A stretch of 32,000 nt of DNA from Halogeometricum borinquense DSM 11551. Its GTDB lineage: Archaea > Halobacteriota > Halobacteria > Halobacteriales > Haloferacaceae. The notes under the pieces were generated by a model. The model was not told the origin of the DNA, made no database searches, and saw only the letters and a list, made by a program, of their open reading frames with translations. Numbering within the stretch: the first letter of the stretch is position 1; every line of letters begins with the position of its first letter. This document shows positions 24,794-32,000 of this stretch, piece by piece. Both the position numbers and the translations under genes were made by a program. Location of the stretch: NCBI RefSeq assembly GCF_000172995.2, contig NC_014729.1, positions 1-32,000 on the forward strand, given 5' to 3'.

Positions 24794-25450
24794 CCCAGCG
24801 TAATACGCAACTGTATCAGCGTATCGTACCTCTGCGTGCTGTGCCCCCAGAGTAGTAGCGTCGGTCGCTGGGTGTCTCCCATCATCACATGACCAAGTTG
24901 ACATCCTGTAGTATTGTTACAAGCCGTAAAAGATGACAGAAGACGAATATGGATACAACAAACCATTCGATTATTCAAATCGCTCACAGATAGTATTCTA
25001 TTTACAGAATAAGTACTGCGTACGATAACTTACCGAAGGGCAGTACTACAGCTAGATCGTACTTTCACGCCCTCTATCCAACATCTGGATCATCATTACA
25101 GGACAGTACACCCAATAGAATATGAGCAGTCAGTAGTTCTATTTTCTACGCCATTTCAGTCGGAAGTGCCGTCTTTAAACTTATGATCTTTATCTGATAT
25201 ATAGACCAGTATATCCATCCGACTATACATATTCAATGACTGTTAAATCGGCCTCGTTCGGAGCAGAGATTGGTTGAGCGGTGAGTTTCGTACGGACAGC
25301 AAACACGTTCGTCCGTCACTTCCTTCGACAGTCTCTGAACCGTGTCGTCAATCCTTTCTGCACCAGGACCGTTTGTTCGGGTATGATTCACCCGCACGTG
25401 GCTACTGGCGAGGGGCGAACAGTTCGGTTCGAACGGAGGTGGAGTTAGTA

Positions 25451-26221
25451 ATGGGACGTGACCACTACTACAACAAAGCAAAGCAAGAGGGCTACCGGAC
25501 CCGCTCAGCGTACAAGCTGAAACAGTTAGACGAAGAGACGGGTCTGTTCGGTCCCGGAAATACCGTCGTTGACCTCGGTGCCGCCCCCGGCGGGTGGCTT
25601 CAGGTCGCCGCAGAAGAAGTCAGCGACCACGGGACGGTCGTCGGCGTGGACTTACAGCGGATCCGCGACATCGACGCCGACAACGTCGAAACCATCCGTG
25701 GAGACATGACCGACGAGGAGACGAAAGAGAGCCTCCGAGAGCGAATCGGTGAGGAGGGTGCCGACGTGGTCATCTCCGATATGGCCCCGAATATGACCGG
25801 AGAGTACTCGTTGGATCACGCTCGCTCGATCCATCTCGCTCGACAGGCGTTCGAGGTTGCGCTCGACCTGCTGCCCGCCGGAGGCGACTTCGCAGTGAAG
25901 GTGTTCGACGGACAGGACTTAGCGGACTTCCGTGCCGACGTCGAAGAGGAGTTCCAGTACGTCAGGTCCATTCGGCCGGACGCCTCGCGGGACGAATCCT
26001 CCGAACAGTATCTGGTAGGCAAACACCGCATCACCGCGCCCGTCGCCGCTGGTGACGAACTCGATGTCGTGATCGACGACGTGGGAAGCGAAGGCGACGG
26101 CATCGCCAAGGTGGACGGCTACACACTGTTCGTCTCGGAGACCGAAACGGGTGATGAAGTCCACGTCCGCGTCACCGACATCAAGCCGAACTTCGGGTTC
26201 GCCGAAGTCATCGACCATTGA
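25451..26221 (+). CDS. rrmJ: 23S rRNA (uridine-2'-O)-methyltransferase RrmJ/RlmE with C-terminal TRAM domain
   Basis: 256 aa from ATG 25451. YRTRSAYKLKQLDE, VVDLGAAPGGW and SDMAPNMTG are FtsJ motifs. The C-terminal GDGIAKVDGYTLFV...GDEVHVRVTDIKPNFGFAEV is TRAM-like. Confidence 0.9.
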   Translation: MGRDHYYNKAKQEGYRTRSAYKLKQLDEETGLFGPGNTVVDLGAAPGGWLQVAAEEVSDHGTVVGVDLQRIRDIDADNVETIRGDMTDEETKESLRERIGEEGADVVISDMAPNMTGEYSLDHARSIHLARQAFEVALDLLPAGGDFAVKVFDGQDLADFRADVEEEFQYVRSIRPDASRDESSEQYLVGKHRITAPVAAGDELDVVIDDVGSEGDGIAKVDGYTLFVSETETGDEVHVRVTDIKPNFGFAEVIDH

Positions 26222-26400
26222 CATCCTCCTCCGACTGAAGCCGGAGGAATCCCGAGCGTTGGGATATTACGGTTTGCAGGCTCCCTGTTCTCTCGTGTTG
26301 AACGACCCGCTCTCGCGGTCGAACAGGAAGACTCCGGGCTGTGCCAACCAGCCGTTACTCATATCCCCTGTTGGGGGACTCTGAGTTATCTTTCGTCGGA
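26198..26400 (-). ncRNA. Predicted omega-RNA (sense-overlapping tnpB 3'-end transcript), scaffold plus flanking guide
   Basis: Inferred from the known TnpB architecture: scaffold overlapping the tnpB 3' end and right end, guide read from flanking DNA. A conserved 9-bp hairpin lies at 26226-26247. Extent is approximate and no transcript data exist. Confidence 0.4.
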
Positions 26401-27523
26401 TATTCACCGCACCGTTCACGTCTGCGTTCATCGTCGTCTCGCACGACGAACAGACGTACAGCCCTCGCTCCACGCGGTTGCTATCCCGAATCTTCCCGCA
26501 ACACGAACACGTCTTCGAGGTGTTCTCCTCGTCCACACGGTCAACGAGGATGCCGTGTTCCTCGGCCTTGTATTCAAGGAGACGGGCGAATCGGTCGAAC
26601 TCCCAGCCGTGCAACTTCTTGTTTTCCGACGCACCCCAGTTCCGCGAGTCACCGTTTTCATTCTCGCGGATGTCACTGAGGTCGCCAACCGCTATCTTCT
26701 CCACGCCTTCTTCCACACACCGCTCAACGATGTGTTTGCTGAGGGTGTGAAGGAAGTGGTCTTTGCGTCGGGAGAGTTTCTGTCGAGCCTTCCGCGCTCG
26801 CTTCGACGGGCCGTTCTCGCCTTCGGTCTGGTACTCCTCGCGGGTGAAGTAGTGTTTGTCCTCTTTCAGCACGTTCCCCGGATATAGTTCGCTCTCGCCA
26901 TCTTCGTAGTCGATGGCGAGGTAGTTGCTGATACCGAGGTCGATACCCGCCGTGTTGTTTCCGGGTGCGTCTTCGACTGGAATCTCCGTCTTGCAGACGA
27001 GGTGGAGTTCCCACTCGTCGCCGTTCCAGACGGCACGCACCTGCTGGATGTTCTCAACTTCTACGTCGGGGCGAGTTTCGTACTCCGCGAGGATGAAGTC
27101 AGACCGACTCTCTTTCAGGTTAAACCCTTTCGAGAGACGGAGTTGACCGTGCTTGTCGTCGTGCTTGATGGCCCGTTTCTTCCACGTGACGGTGGAGCGC
27201 GGGTGGTCGTCGCCACGTTTCCGGTAGCCCGGTGGGTTGTTGCCGTCGTCGGAGTTGTACCAGCCAGTGAACGCCTCAGCAAGTTCTTCGAGAACTCGCT
27301 GACTTGACTGAGAATGAAGGTCACTGTAGCGTTTGTGGTCTTTCAACTCCGATTTGAGTTCGGCTTCGTCGGGTATCTCACCGTCGTCGTCCCACCGTTG
27401 TTGGATGTAGTAGCGACCGACGTTCCACAGTTTGGATGCGGAGAACCCGCACTGGTCGAGGTCGTCACGAACCTGCTGGTGGTTCGTAATGCGTGCGACG
27501 TAGGTGCGGGTGGTTTCCAGCAT
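26267..27523 (-). CDS. tnpB: RNA-guided endonuclease TnpB (IS605 OrfB family)
   Basis: 418 aa. RuvC-I TAGIDLGISNYLAI, zinc finger CSCCG...CSSCE and RuvC-III NADVNGAVNIRRK are all present. Confidence 0.93.
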   Translation of the reverse strand: MLETTRTYVARITNHQQVRDDLDQCGFSASKLWNVGRYYIQQRWDDDGEIPDEAELKSELKDHKRYSDLHSQSSQRVLEELAEAFTGWYNSDDGNNPPGYRKRGDDHPRSTVTWKKRAIKHDDKHGQLRLSKGFNLKESRSDFILAEYETRPDVEVENIQQVRAVWNGDEWELHLVCKTEIPVEDAPGNNTAGIDLGISNYLAIDYEDGESELYPGNVLKEDKHYFTREEYQTEGENGPSKRARKARQKLSRRKDHFLHTLSKHIVERCVEEGVEKIAVGDLSDIRENENGDSRNWGASENKKLHGWEFDRFARLLEYKAEEHGILVDRVDEENTSKTCSCCGKIRDSNRVERGLYVCSSCETTMNADVNGAVNIRRKITQSPPTGDMSNGWLAQPGVFLFDRESGSFNTREQGACKP

Positions 27524-27534
27524 CGAACTGTCTT

Positions 27535-27566
27535 CATAACATGTTATGTGAGAACAGGTATTAAAA
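27535..27566 (-). promoter_or_regulatory. tnpB promoter region: TATA-like TTTTAATA plus perfect 14-bp palindrome CATAACATGTTATG
   Basis: The palindrome (27535-27548) lies between the TATA-like box (27559-27566, minus strand) and ATG 27523. Confidence 0.35.
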
Positions 27567-27686
27567 CCAACGACCGGACGTTGAATATCCGGTTGGAGTG
27601 TAGTCGGTGGATTGGCGGTCAGAGTGTCGGATTCATCCCGCGCCTAAAGGCCCGGGTATTCTCCTTGCTCTTTATAAGTTATCGTT

Positions 27687-27896
27687 TCAACGCTCGACGA
27701 CCACATCCACGTGGAGCGTTACATCACAACTGCCACTACTACCGCCGTTTCTACACCGACCCGTGGCGATGATGTCCGAGATGGCCGTGTATGTCCCACA
27801 CGCAGGGCATCGAAGCCCGCTCTCCATGCTGTCGCCCTCCGTTAGACGGATGCGTCGCTCTGGCCCCATACCCTGTCGTACGACACCATACATCAT
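27687..27896 (-). CDS. Small zinc-ribbon-like protein (CPxCG-type)
   Basis: 69 aa with four Cys (LRCPACG...GRC...GSC). Less acidic than its neighbours, so coding status is only moderate. Confidence 0.45.
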   Translation of the reverse strand: MMYGVVRQGMGPERRIRLTEGDSMESGLRCPACGTYTAISDIIATGRCRNGGSSGSCDVTLHVDVVVER

Positions 27897-27969
27897 AAGA
27901 AGTTAGTTCAGTTCAACGACATACCCCAGCAGCGCGGAAACGACTGTCGTCGGTGAGAGATCAGTGCGC

Positions 27970-28689
27970 TTACTCTGCCGCCCACGGGTCCTGTCCGTCG
28001 TCAGCGCTGTTACCAACGAGACTGACAACGAGATAGACGAACGGTGTATCGACGAGCGCAATGAGCAGTTTCAGGAGATATTGGCCGATCATGAGGCCGA
28101 GAATGATGTTTTCCGGAAGCGCCTCACCGATTCCGAAAAACCGCGGCGCGAGAGCGAACGCAACGCTGACGAAGATGAACGTATCGATTGCCTGGCTAGT
28201 CGCCGTCGAGGCGATATTGCGAAGCCAGAGGTGGCTGGAACCCGTCAGCTCACGGATGCTGTGGAAGGCAACAACGTCCCAGTTCTGGCTTACGAGGTAG
28301 GCGAGAAGACTGCCGGCGATAATGTTAGTTCCGGAAGCGAGAACAGTTCGGAACTGTCCGGCGAACTCGGGATTGGCAGCGGGCGCGAAAATCGTCCCCC
28401 ACACGAGGGCAAGAAGGATGAAGTTCATCGCAAAGCCGACGTTAACCATTAGCTGTGCCGGACGACGGCCGTACAGTTCGGAGTAACAGTCCGAGGCGAA
28501 GAAGGTCAGCGCGTACGCTAACGCCGCGCCGGGCATGAGTATCGTCGTACCGACGATGGGGAGCGAACCGACAGCGTCGGGGATCGGAATGGCGAGTAGT
28601 TTCGAGGCGGTGAGTTGCGCCGTCGTCAACGCCATGATGAACAGTGCAAGCAGTGCGACTTGCCCCACGCCGAATCGGGTTTCACTCAT
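27970..28689 (-). CDS. yhhQ: YhhQ/VUT-family (DUF165) queuosine-precursor-type transporter
   Basis: 239 aa from ATG 28689. A polytopic protein with LTASKLLAI...GAALAYALTFFASDCYSELYG and QAIDTFIFV motifs typical of the family. Confidence 0.8.
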   Translation of the reverse strand: MSETRFGVGQVALLALFIMALTTAQLTASKLLAIPIPDAVGSLPIVGTTILMPGAALAYALTFFASDCYSELYGRRPAQLMVNVGFAMNFILLALVWGTIFAPAANPEFAGQFRTVLASGTNIIAGSLLAYLVSQNWDVVAFHSIRELTGSSHLWLRNIASTATSQAIDTFIFVSVAFALAPRFFGIGEALPENIILGLMIGQYLLKLLIALVDTPFVYLVVSLVGNSADDGQDPWAAE

Positions 28690-28855
28690 CGTCAAGTCTG
28701 TCGTGACGTGCATCGATTTCATCGAGCACGTCCAACGTTTTGCGGATCGACGCGCGGATTGCGTCGCTTCGGTTAACGAACTTCTTGTCGTCACCAACGT
28801 GTTCATCGATATCCGCGAGCAGTTCGTCCGGGATCTCGACGCTTATCTTAGACAT
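28682..28855 (-). CDS. Ribbon-helix-helix (CopG-like) protein
   Basis: My own translation, 57 aa, below the ORF-track cutoff: MSKISVEIPDELLADIDEHVGDDKKFVNRSDAIRASIRKTLDVLDEIDARHDRLDDE. This fits a beta-strand plus two helices. The stop overlaps the yhhQ start by 8 nt (ATGAGTGA). GTAAATATG lies about 28 nt upstream. Confidence 0.6.
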   Translation of the reverse strand: MSKISVEIPDELLADIDEHVGDDKKFVNRSDAIRASIRKTLDVLDEIDARHDRLDDE

Positions 28856-29120
28856 ATCTGTGGATTATCAGGGGCATATTTACGCTTTTTCAACCGTGTC
28901 GAGAACGCTACACATGTCACTTAGATAATCCCTGAATAATCTATCAGCAAACATTTCTCGCCGCAGGCGGGCGATTGCTGCAGTATCCAAGCACTCGGTA
29001 GCCAGGGAGAGTTAATTACCGGTAAAAAGAGAGCTTCGCGTCTGAACGAAAGTACACCGCACAGGGGCGTTCGATTAGATGTGCGCATCGGCGTCAAACA
29101 CCGAGAGGCAATCGCCCGCC

Positions 29121-31310
29121 TCAGATGCTATCGCGGGCCGGAGCGAGGTTCCGACGGCCGCCGAGGGTGACGACGAACAGGACGGCCAAACCAACGCCGT
29201 AGGCGACCATCAGCGGAATCGTCACGAGGAACATCGACACGATACCGGCAGGGGTGAACAGAGCGGCGAACGTGAGGATACCGACGGTCACCTCGCGCCA
29301 GCGGCTCCGGAGGACTTGGTAGGTGATACCCGAACCGTTGAGCAACACCATCAGGATTGGAACGTCCGCCAAGAGACCGATTCCGGCCGTCGTGAAGAAG
29401 ATGAGCCAGAAGAAGTCGGTGACGCGGTACGAGATAATCATGTTCGCCTGCACCGCGTCGTTCACTAACCACGAGATAACCGCGGGTGCGATGTAGAAGT
29501 ATCCGAGGACTAGCCCACCGAGGAGACCGACAACGAGCGATCCCGTCCAGAGGAAGATGGTACTGCGGCGACGTCGGACAATGTTCCGCTCACGGAGCGC
29601 GGGCCACGCGTAGTACGCGACCAGCGGCAACGTGACGATGATGGCGACGAGCGTCGAGAACTTCACCTCGAACAGCAGTGCCTCCATCGGGTGGAGCGTG
29701 ACGACGTTCAGTACCTCATTGGGTCGTACTTCGGCAGGGAGTCGGTTGAGGAACTGCTGGAATACGGCCTTGAATCCGACAGTGTACAGCCACGTGAACG
29801 TCCCCGCCAAGGCGGCCATAAACACCGCGACGATGCGGAACGTCTTCGAGGTGATCGTCTCAAAGATGAACGCGAGGTCTTTGTAGTAGCCGCCGATGTC
29901 GTCTTCGTCCGTCTCGCCATCGGTGAGTTCACTGAGGAACGTCCCGCCGGCGCGCGTCGCCCGGTCTTCGAGTTCGCCCGGTTGGTCGTCCGCGTCGGCG
30001 CCCGCGGCGGCCTCGGCATCGGCGTTTTGGCCCTCCTCGGCCTCGTCGAATCGGTCAACGATAGCTTGAGCTTTGTCCTTGTCACCGTCGTCGAGCGCGT
30101 CGCCCGCGATAGCCATCGCCTCGTCCTCGCTCAGGTCGGTGAACGCTTCTGGCGGTGCAGCGCGAACGCCCATCGCGTCCAGTTCCCGCAGATCGATCTT
30201 CGAGGGATCACCGACACCGCGTTCGAGCGGGCCGACGGACTCCTCGATGTCTTTGTAGACGACGTATCCGAGTCCGATAACGGTGAAGACGGTAGCACCG
30301 ACGACAGACCAGACGATGAGCGCAGTCTGCGGTGCAACACCGAGAACCGTACCGAGAGCGGGAATGGAGTAGTCGCTGCCGACGCTGTCGAGCAATCCGT
30401 TGACGGCCGTTGGGCCGCCGTAAGTGTAGTAGAGATAGACGACTGCACCGCCGAGCGCGGTGCTTCCGACGACGAGATTCCACCGCTTTCCGATGGCGGC
30501 CCGGAAGTCAAGTTGTTCGCTCCCCCGTCTTGCAGTTACCACCACTTTCGAGATGTAGAGACTGATGCCGTACAGCGTCAGCACCGGGACGGCCCACAGA
30601 ATCTGCGTGAACGGATCCGGCGGCGTGAACAGCGCACCGGCGGCGAAGACACCGAGGACCGCATAGCGCCACTGGTCGCGGAACGTCTCGTACGGGACGA
30701 TCTCGGCGTACGAGAGAATCGTCATCACCAACGGGAGTTGGCTCGCCAACCCGAACGAGACAGTCAAGAGGAACATGAACTGCGCCCACTTGACGATAGA
30801 GTACTTGGGCGAGAAGCCGATGTTCACCGTGTTCTGTGCGAGGAATTCGAACGTAATCGGGAAGAAAAAGAGGTAGCCGTAGGCGACGCCGAGGCTGAAC
30901 AGCACTACCATCCCGGTACCGATGAGAGCGAGTTGCCACCGCGGAACCGGTGCAGACGGCCACAGATCGCGTTCTCTGAGCGCATCACGGGAGAAATAGA
31001 TAAACACCGGCGCAGCGATGATAAGCCCCGTCACAAGCCCGATCTTCGCCTGCAACAGAACGACGTCGAACGGCGTTTGCGCAATAATTTCGAGATCTTG
31101 ATTTATCACCTGGTTCATATTCCGTCTGGTAACGGATTCCAGGAACCCCCAAACGTAGAGTCGGAGCGCATAGAACGTTCCGAGGAAACCGACGAGGAAG
31201 ACGATGAAGACCTTCTGTAGGTCCTTTTGGGCCGCACGGAGCATCGCGCCTGCAGTCTCTCGACCGTCGTCGATTGCGCGGCGGGTGTCCTCGTCGAGCG
31301 CGCTAGACAT
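29121..31310 (-). CDS. tatC: Twin-arginine translocase subunit TatC, fused double-TatC form (TatCt)
   Basis: 729 aa from ATG 31310; the ORF-track start 31340 is TTG. Two successive TatC-like six-helix halves are joined by an acidic cytoplasmic linker (DEAEEGQNADAEAAAGADADD...), as in haloarchaeal TatCt. Confidence 0.92.
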   Translation of the reverse strand: MSSALDEDTRRAIDDGRETAGAMLRAAQKDLQKVFIVFLVGFLGTFYALRLYVWGFLESVTRRNMNQVINQDLEIIAQTPFDVVLLQAKIGLVTGLIIAAPVFIYFSRDALRERDLWPSAPVPRWQLALIGTGMVVLFSLGVAYGYLFFFPITFEFLAQNTVNIGFSPKYSIVKWAQFMFLLTVSFGLASQLPLVMTILSYAEIVPYETFRDQWRYAVLGVFAAGALFTPPDPFTQILWAVPVLTLYGISLYISKVVVTARRGSEQLDFRAAIGKRWNLVVGSTALGGAVVYLYYTYGGPTAVNGLLDSVGSDYSIPALGTVLGVAPQTALIVWSVVGATVFTVIGLGYVVYKDIEESVGPLERGVGDPSKIDLRELDAMGVRAAPPEAFTDLSEDEAMAIAGDALDDGDKDKAQAIVDRFDEAEEGQNADAEAAAGADADDQPGELEDRATRAGGTFLSELTDGETDEDDIGGYYKDLAFIFETITSKTFRIVAVFMAALAGTFTWLYTVGFKAVFQQFLNRLPAEVRPNEVLNVVTLHPMEALLFEVKFSTLVAIIVTLPLVAYYAWPALRERNIVRRRRSTIFLWTGSLVVGLLGGLVLGYFYIAPAVISWLVNDAVQANMIISYRVTDFFWLIFFTTAGIGLLADVPILMVLLNGSGITYQVLRSRWREVTVGILTFAALFTPAGIVSMFLVTIPLMVAYGVGLAVLFVVTLGGRRNLAPARDSI

Positions 31311-31410
31311 ACCCGACGAAAGCCTTCTCGTAGTTATCAATCTTTTTCACTGCGTCGGGTCGCGGCTATCCGGAAAGGCCTATAAGAACCGGGCGGCGTA
31401 TCTCTGATGA

Positions 31411-32000
31411 ATGGCCGACGACTCGGAGTCGGACCGTCCTTCGTCGGACGCCGACGAGTCCGTGGACTCATCCCCGGACGATACTGAGACGCCCGAACCG
31501 TCCGACACGCCGACCGAAGAAGCGTCTGCGCCGTCGGATGACTCCGATAGCGGCGACTTCGACTCCGACGGCGCTACCGACGACGTGGATGACGTGACAC
31601 TCGAGCGCGAGGACCTCATTCCGCCGCCGGACGAGGAATCGGACGGTATGGAGACGGCTGGCGGCACAGAGACGGATGCAGCCGACGCCGAGCCAGATTC
31701 GGAAGCCGATTCCGGAACTGACGCAGAAGACGATTCCGGAACTGACGCAGAAGACGATTCCGGAACTGACGCAGAAGACGATTCCGGAACTGACGCAGAA
31801 GACGATTCCGGAACTGACGCAGAGACAGACAACGGCTCCGAGGACGACACAGGAACGGATGCCGAGGATCTGTGGCCGGACGACCACGAACCGCCCAAAA
31901 CGAAAACAGCCGAGGAGATGGGGCTGACGGACGACGAAAGCGAGGAAGCCATCACCAACACCGACGGCGGCGCGCCGGCCAACGCCACCATCGATGGAAC
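31411..32000 (+). CDS. 5'-partial CDS: highly acidic repeat-containing N-terminus, running off the window
   Basis: My own translation from ATG 31411 (MADDSESDRPSSDADES...), open to the window end. It is D/E/S/T-rich with GC-rich third positions. TATAAG lies about 25 nt upstream. It is divergent from tatCt, so it could be the extended N-terminus of a second TatC, but no TatC domain is visible here. Confidence 0.6.
   Translation, partial: MADDSESDRPSSDADESVDSSPDDTETPEPSDTPTEEASAPSDDSDSGDFDSDGATDDVDDVTLEREDLIPPPDEESDGMETAGGTETDAADAEPDSEADSGTDAEDDSGTDAEDDSGTDAEDDSGTDAEDDSGTDAETDNGSEDDTGTDAEDLWPDDHEPPKTKTAEEMGLTDDESEEAITNTDGGAPANATIDG
31708..31823 (+). repeat. Perfect 24-bp tandem repeat GATTCCGGAACTGACGCAGAAGAC, 4 full copies plus a 20-nt partial
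   Basis: Units at 31708, 31732, 31756 and 31780, with a partial at 31804-31823. In frame, encoding (DSGTDAED)n. Confidence 0.95.

Larger units (their letters stand above)
26218..27660 (-). mobile_element. IS200/IS605-family, IS1341-type insertion sequence (tnpB only, no tnpA)
   Basis: Contains an intact tnpB. The right end is defined by the 62-nt block shared with 21612-21673. The left end is not precisely defined: hairpin CCGGA-N9-TCCGG at 27574-27592, and the element must end before the neighbouring stop at 27687. Confidence 0.65.

Noticed and set aside
31380-31991. 203-aa Ser-rich minus-strand ORF (SASVPESS repeats).
   Set aside because: It is the reverse frame of the 24-bp repeat. The plus-strand frame gives a D/E-rich halophile-like protein with GC-rich third positions and its own TATA box and ATG.

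Overview
High-GC window encoding strongly acidic proteins, a PGF-CTERM sorting signal and a fused double TatC. I infer a haloarchaeal (Halobacteria, Haloferacales-like) chromosomal segment. Most of it is conserved core: an RFC small-subunit paralogue, archaetidylserine decarboxylase, THUMP tRNA methyltransferase, TBP, CPBP protease, HisG, MTA/SAH deaminase next to SAH hydrolase, Hjc, PriL, PCNA, RrmJ-TRAM, a YhhQ-type transporter and TatCt. Small membrane and zinc-ribbon proteins are interspersed. I found no rRNA, tRNA or CRISPR array. The standout is an accessory-looking segment (about 19.0-22.6 kb) between pcn and a TraB-family gene. It holds a tightly packed minus-strand array of five paralogous ~80-aa secreted proteins. 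Their ~54-aa mature parts are N/Q/G/A/S-rich, lack basic residues and each carry two curlin-like N-x-A-x-V-x-Q motifs. A Cys/Pro-rich secreted protein follows, with acidic degenerate copies of the motif. I propose a previously undescribed haloarchaeal fibre or functional-amyloid-like system; this is untested. Next to it lies a ~1.2 kb ORF-poor, hairpin-rich tract containing a solo copy of the right end (omega-RNA region) of an IS1341-type TnpB element. An intact copy of that element (tnpB 26267-27523) sits directly against the rrmJ stop codon. Other second-look items are a membrane-tethered wHTH translationally coupled to TraB, tandem zinc-ribbon micro-proteins, and a PriL-divergent gene with a PriCT-like C-terminus. 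Further items are an RHH gene overlapping yhhQ, several intergenic direct repeats and a perfect 24-bp coding repeat. All calls rest on reading the translated ORFs and the DNA by eye; no searches or computations were run.
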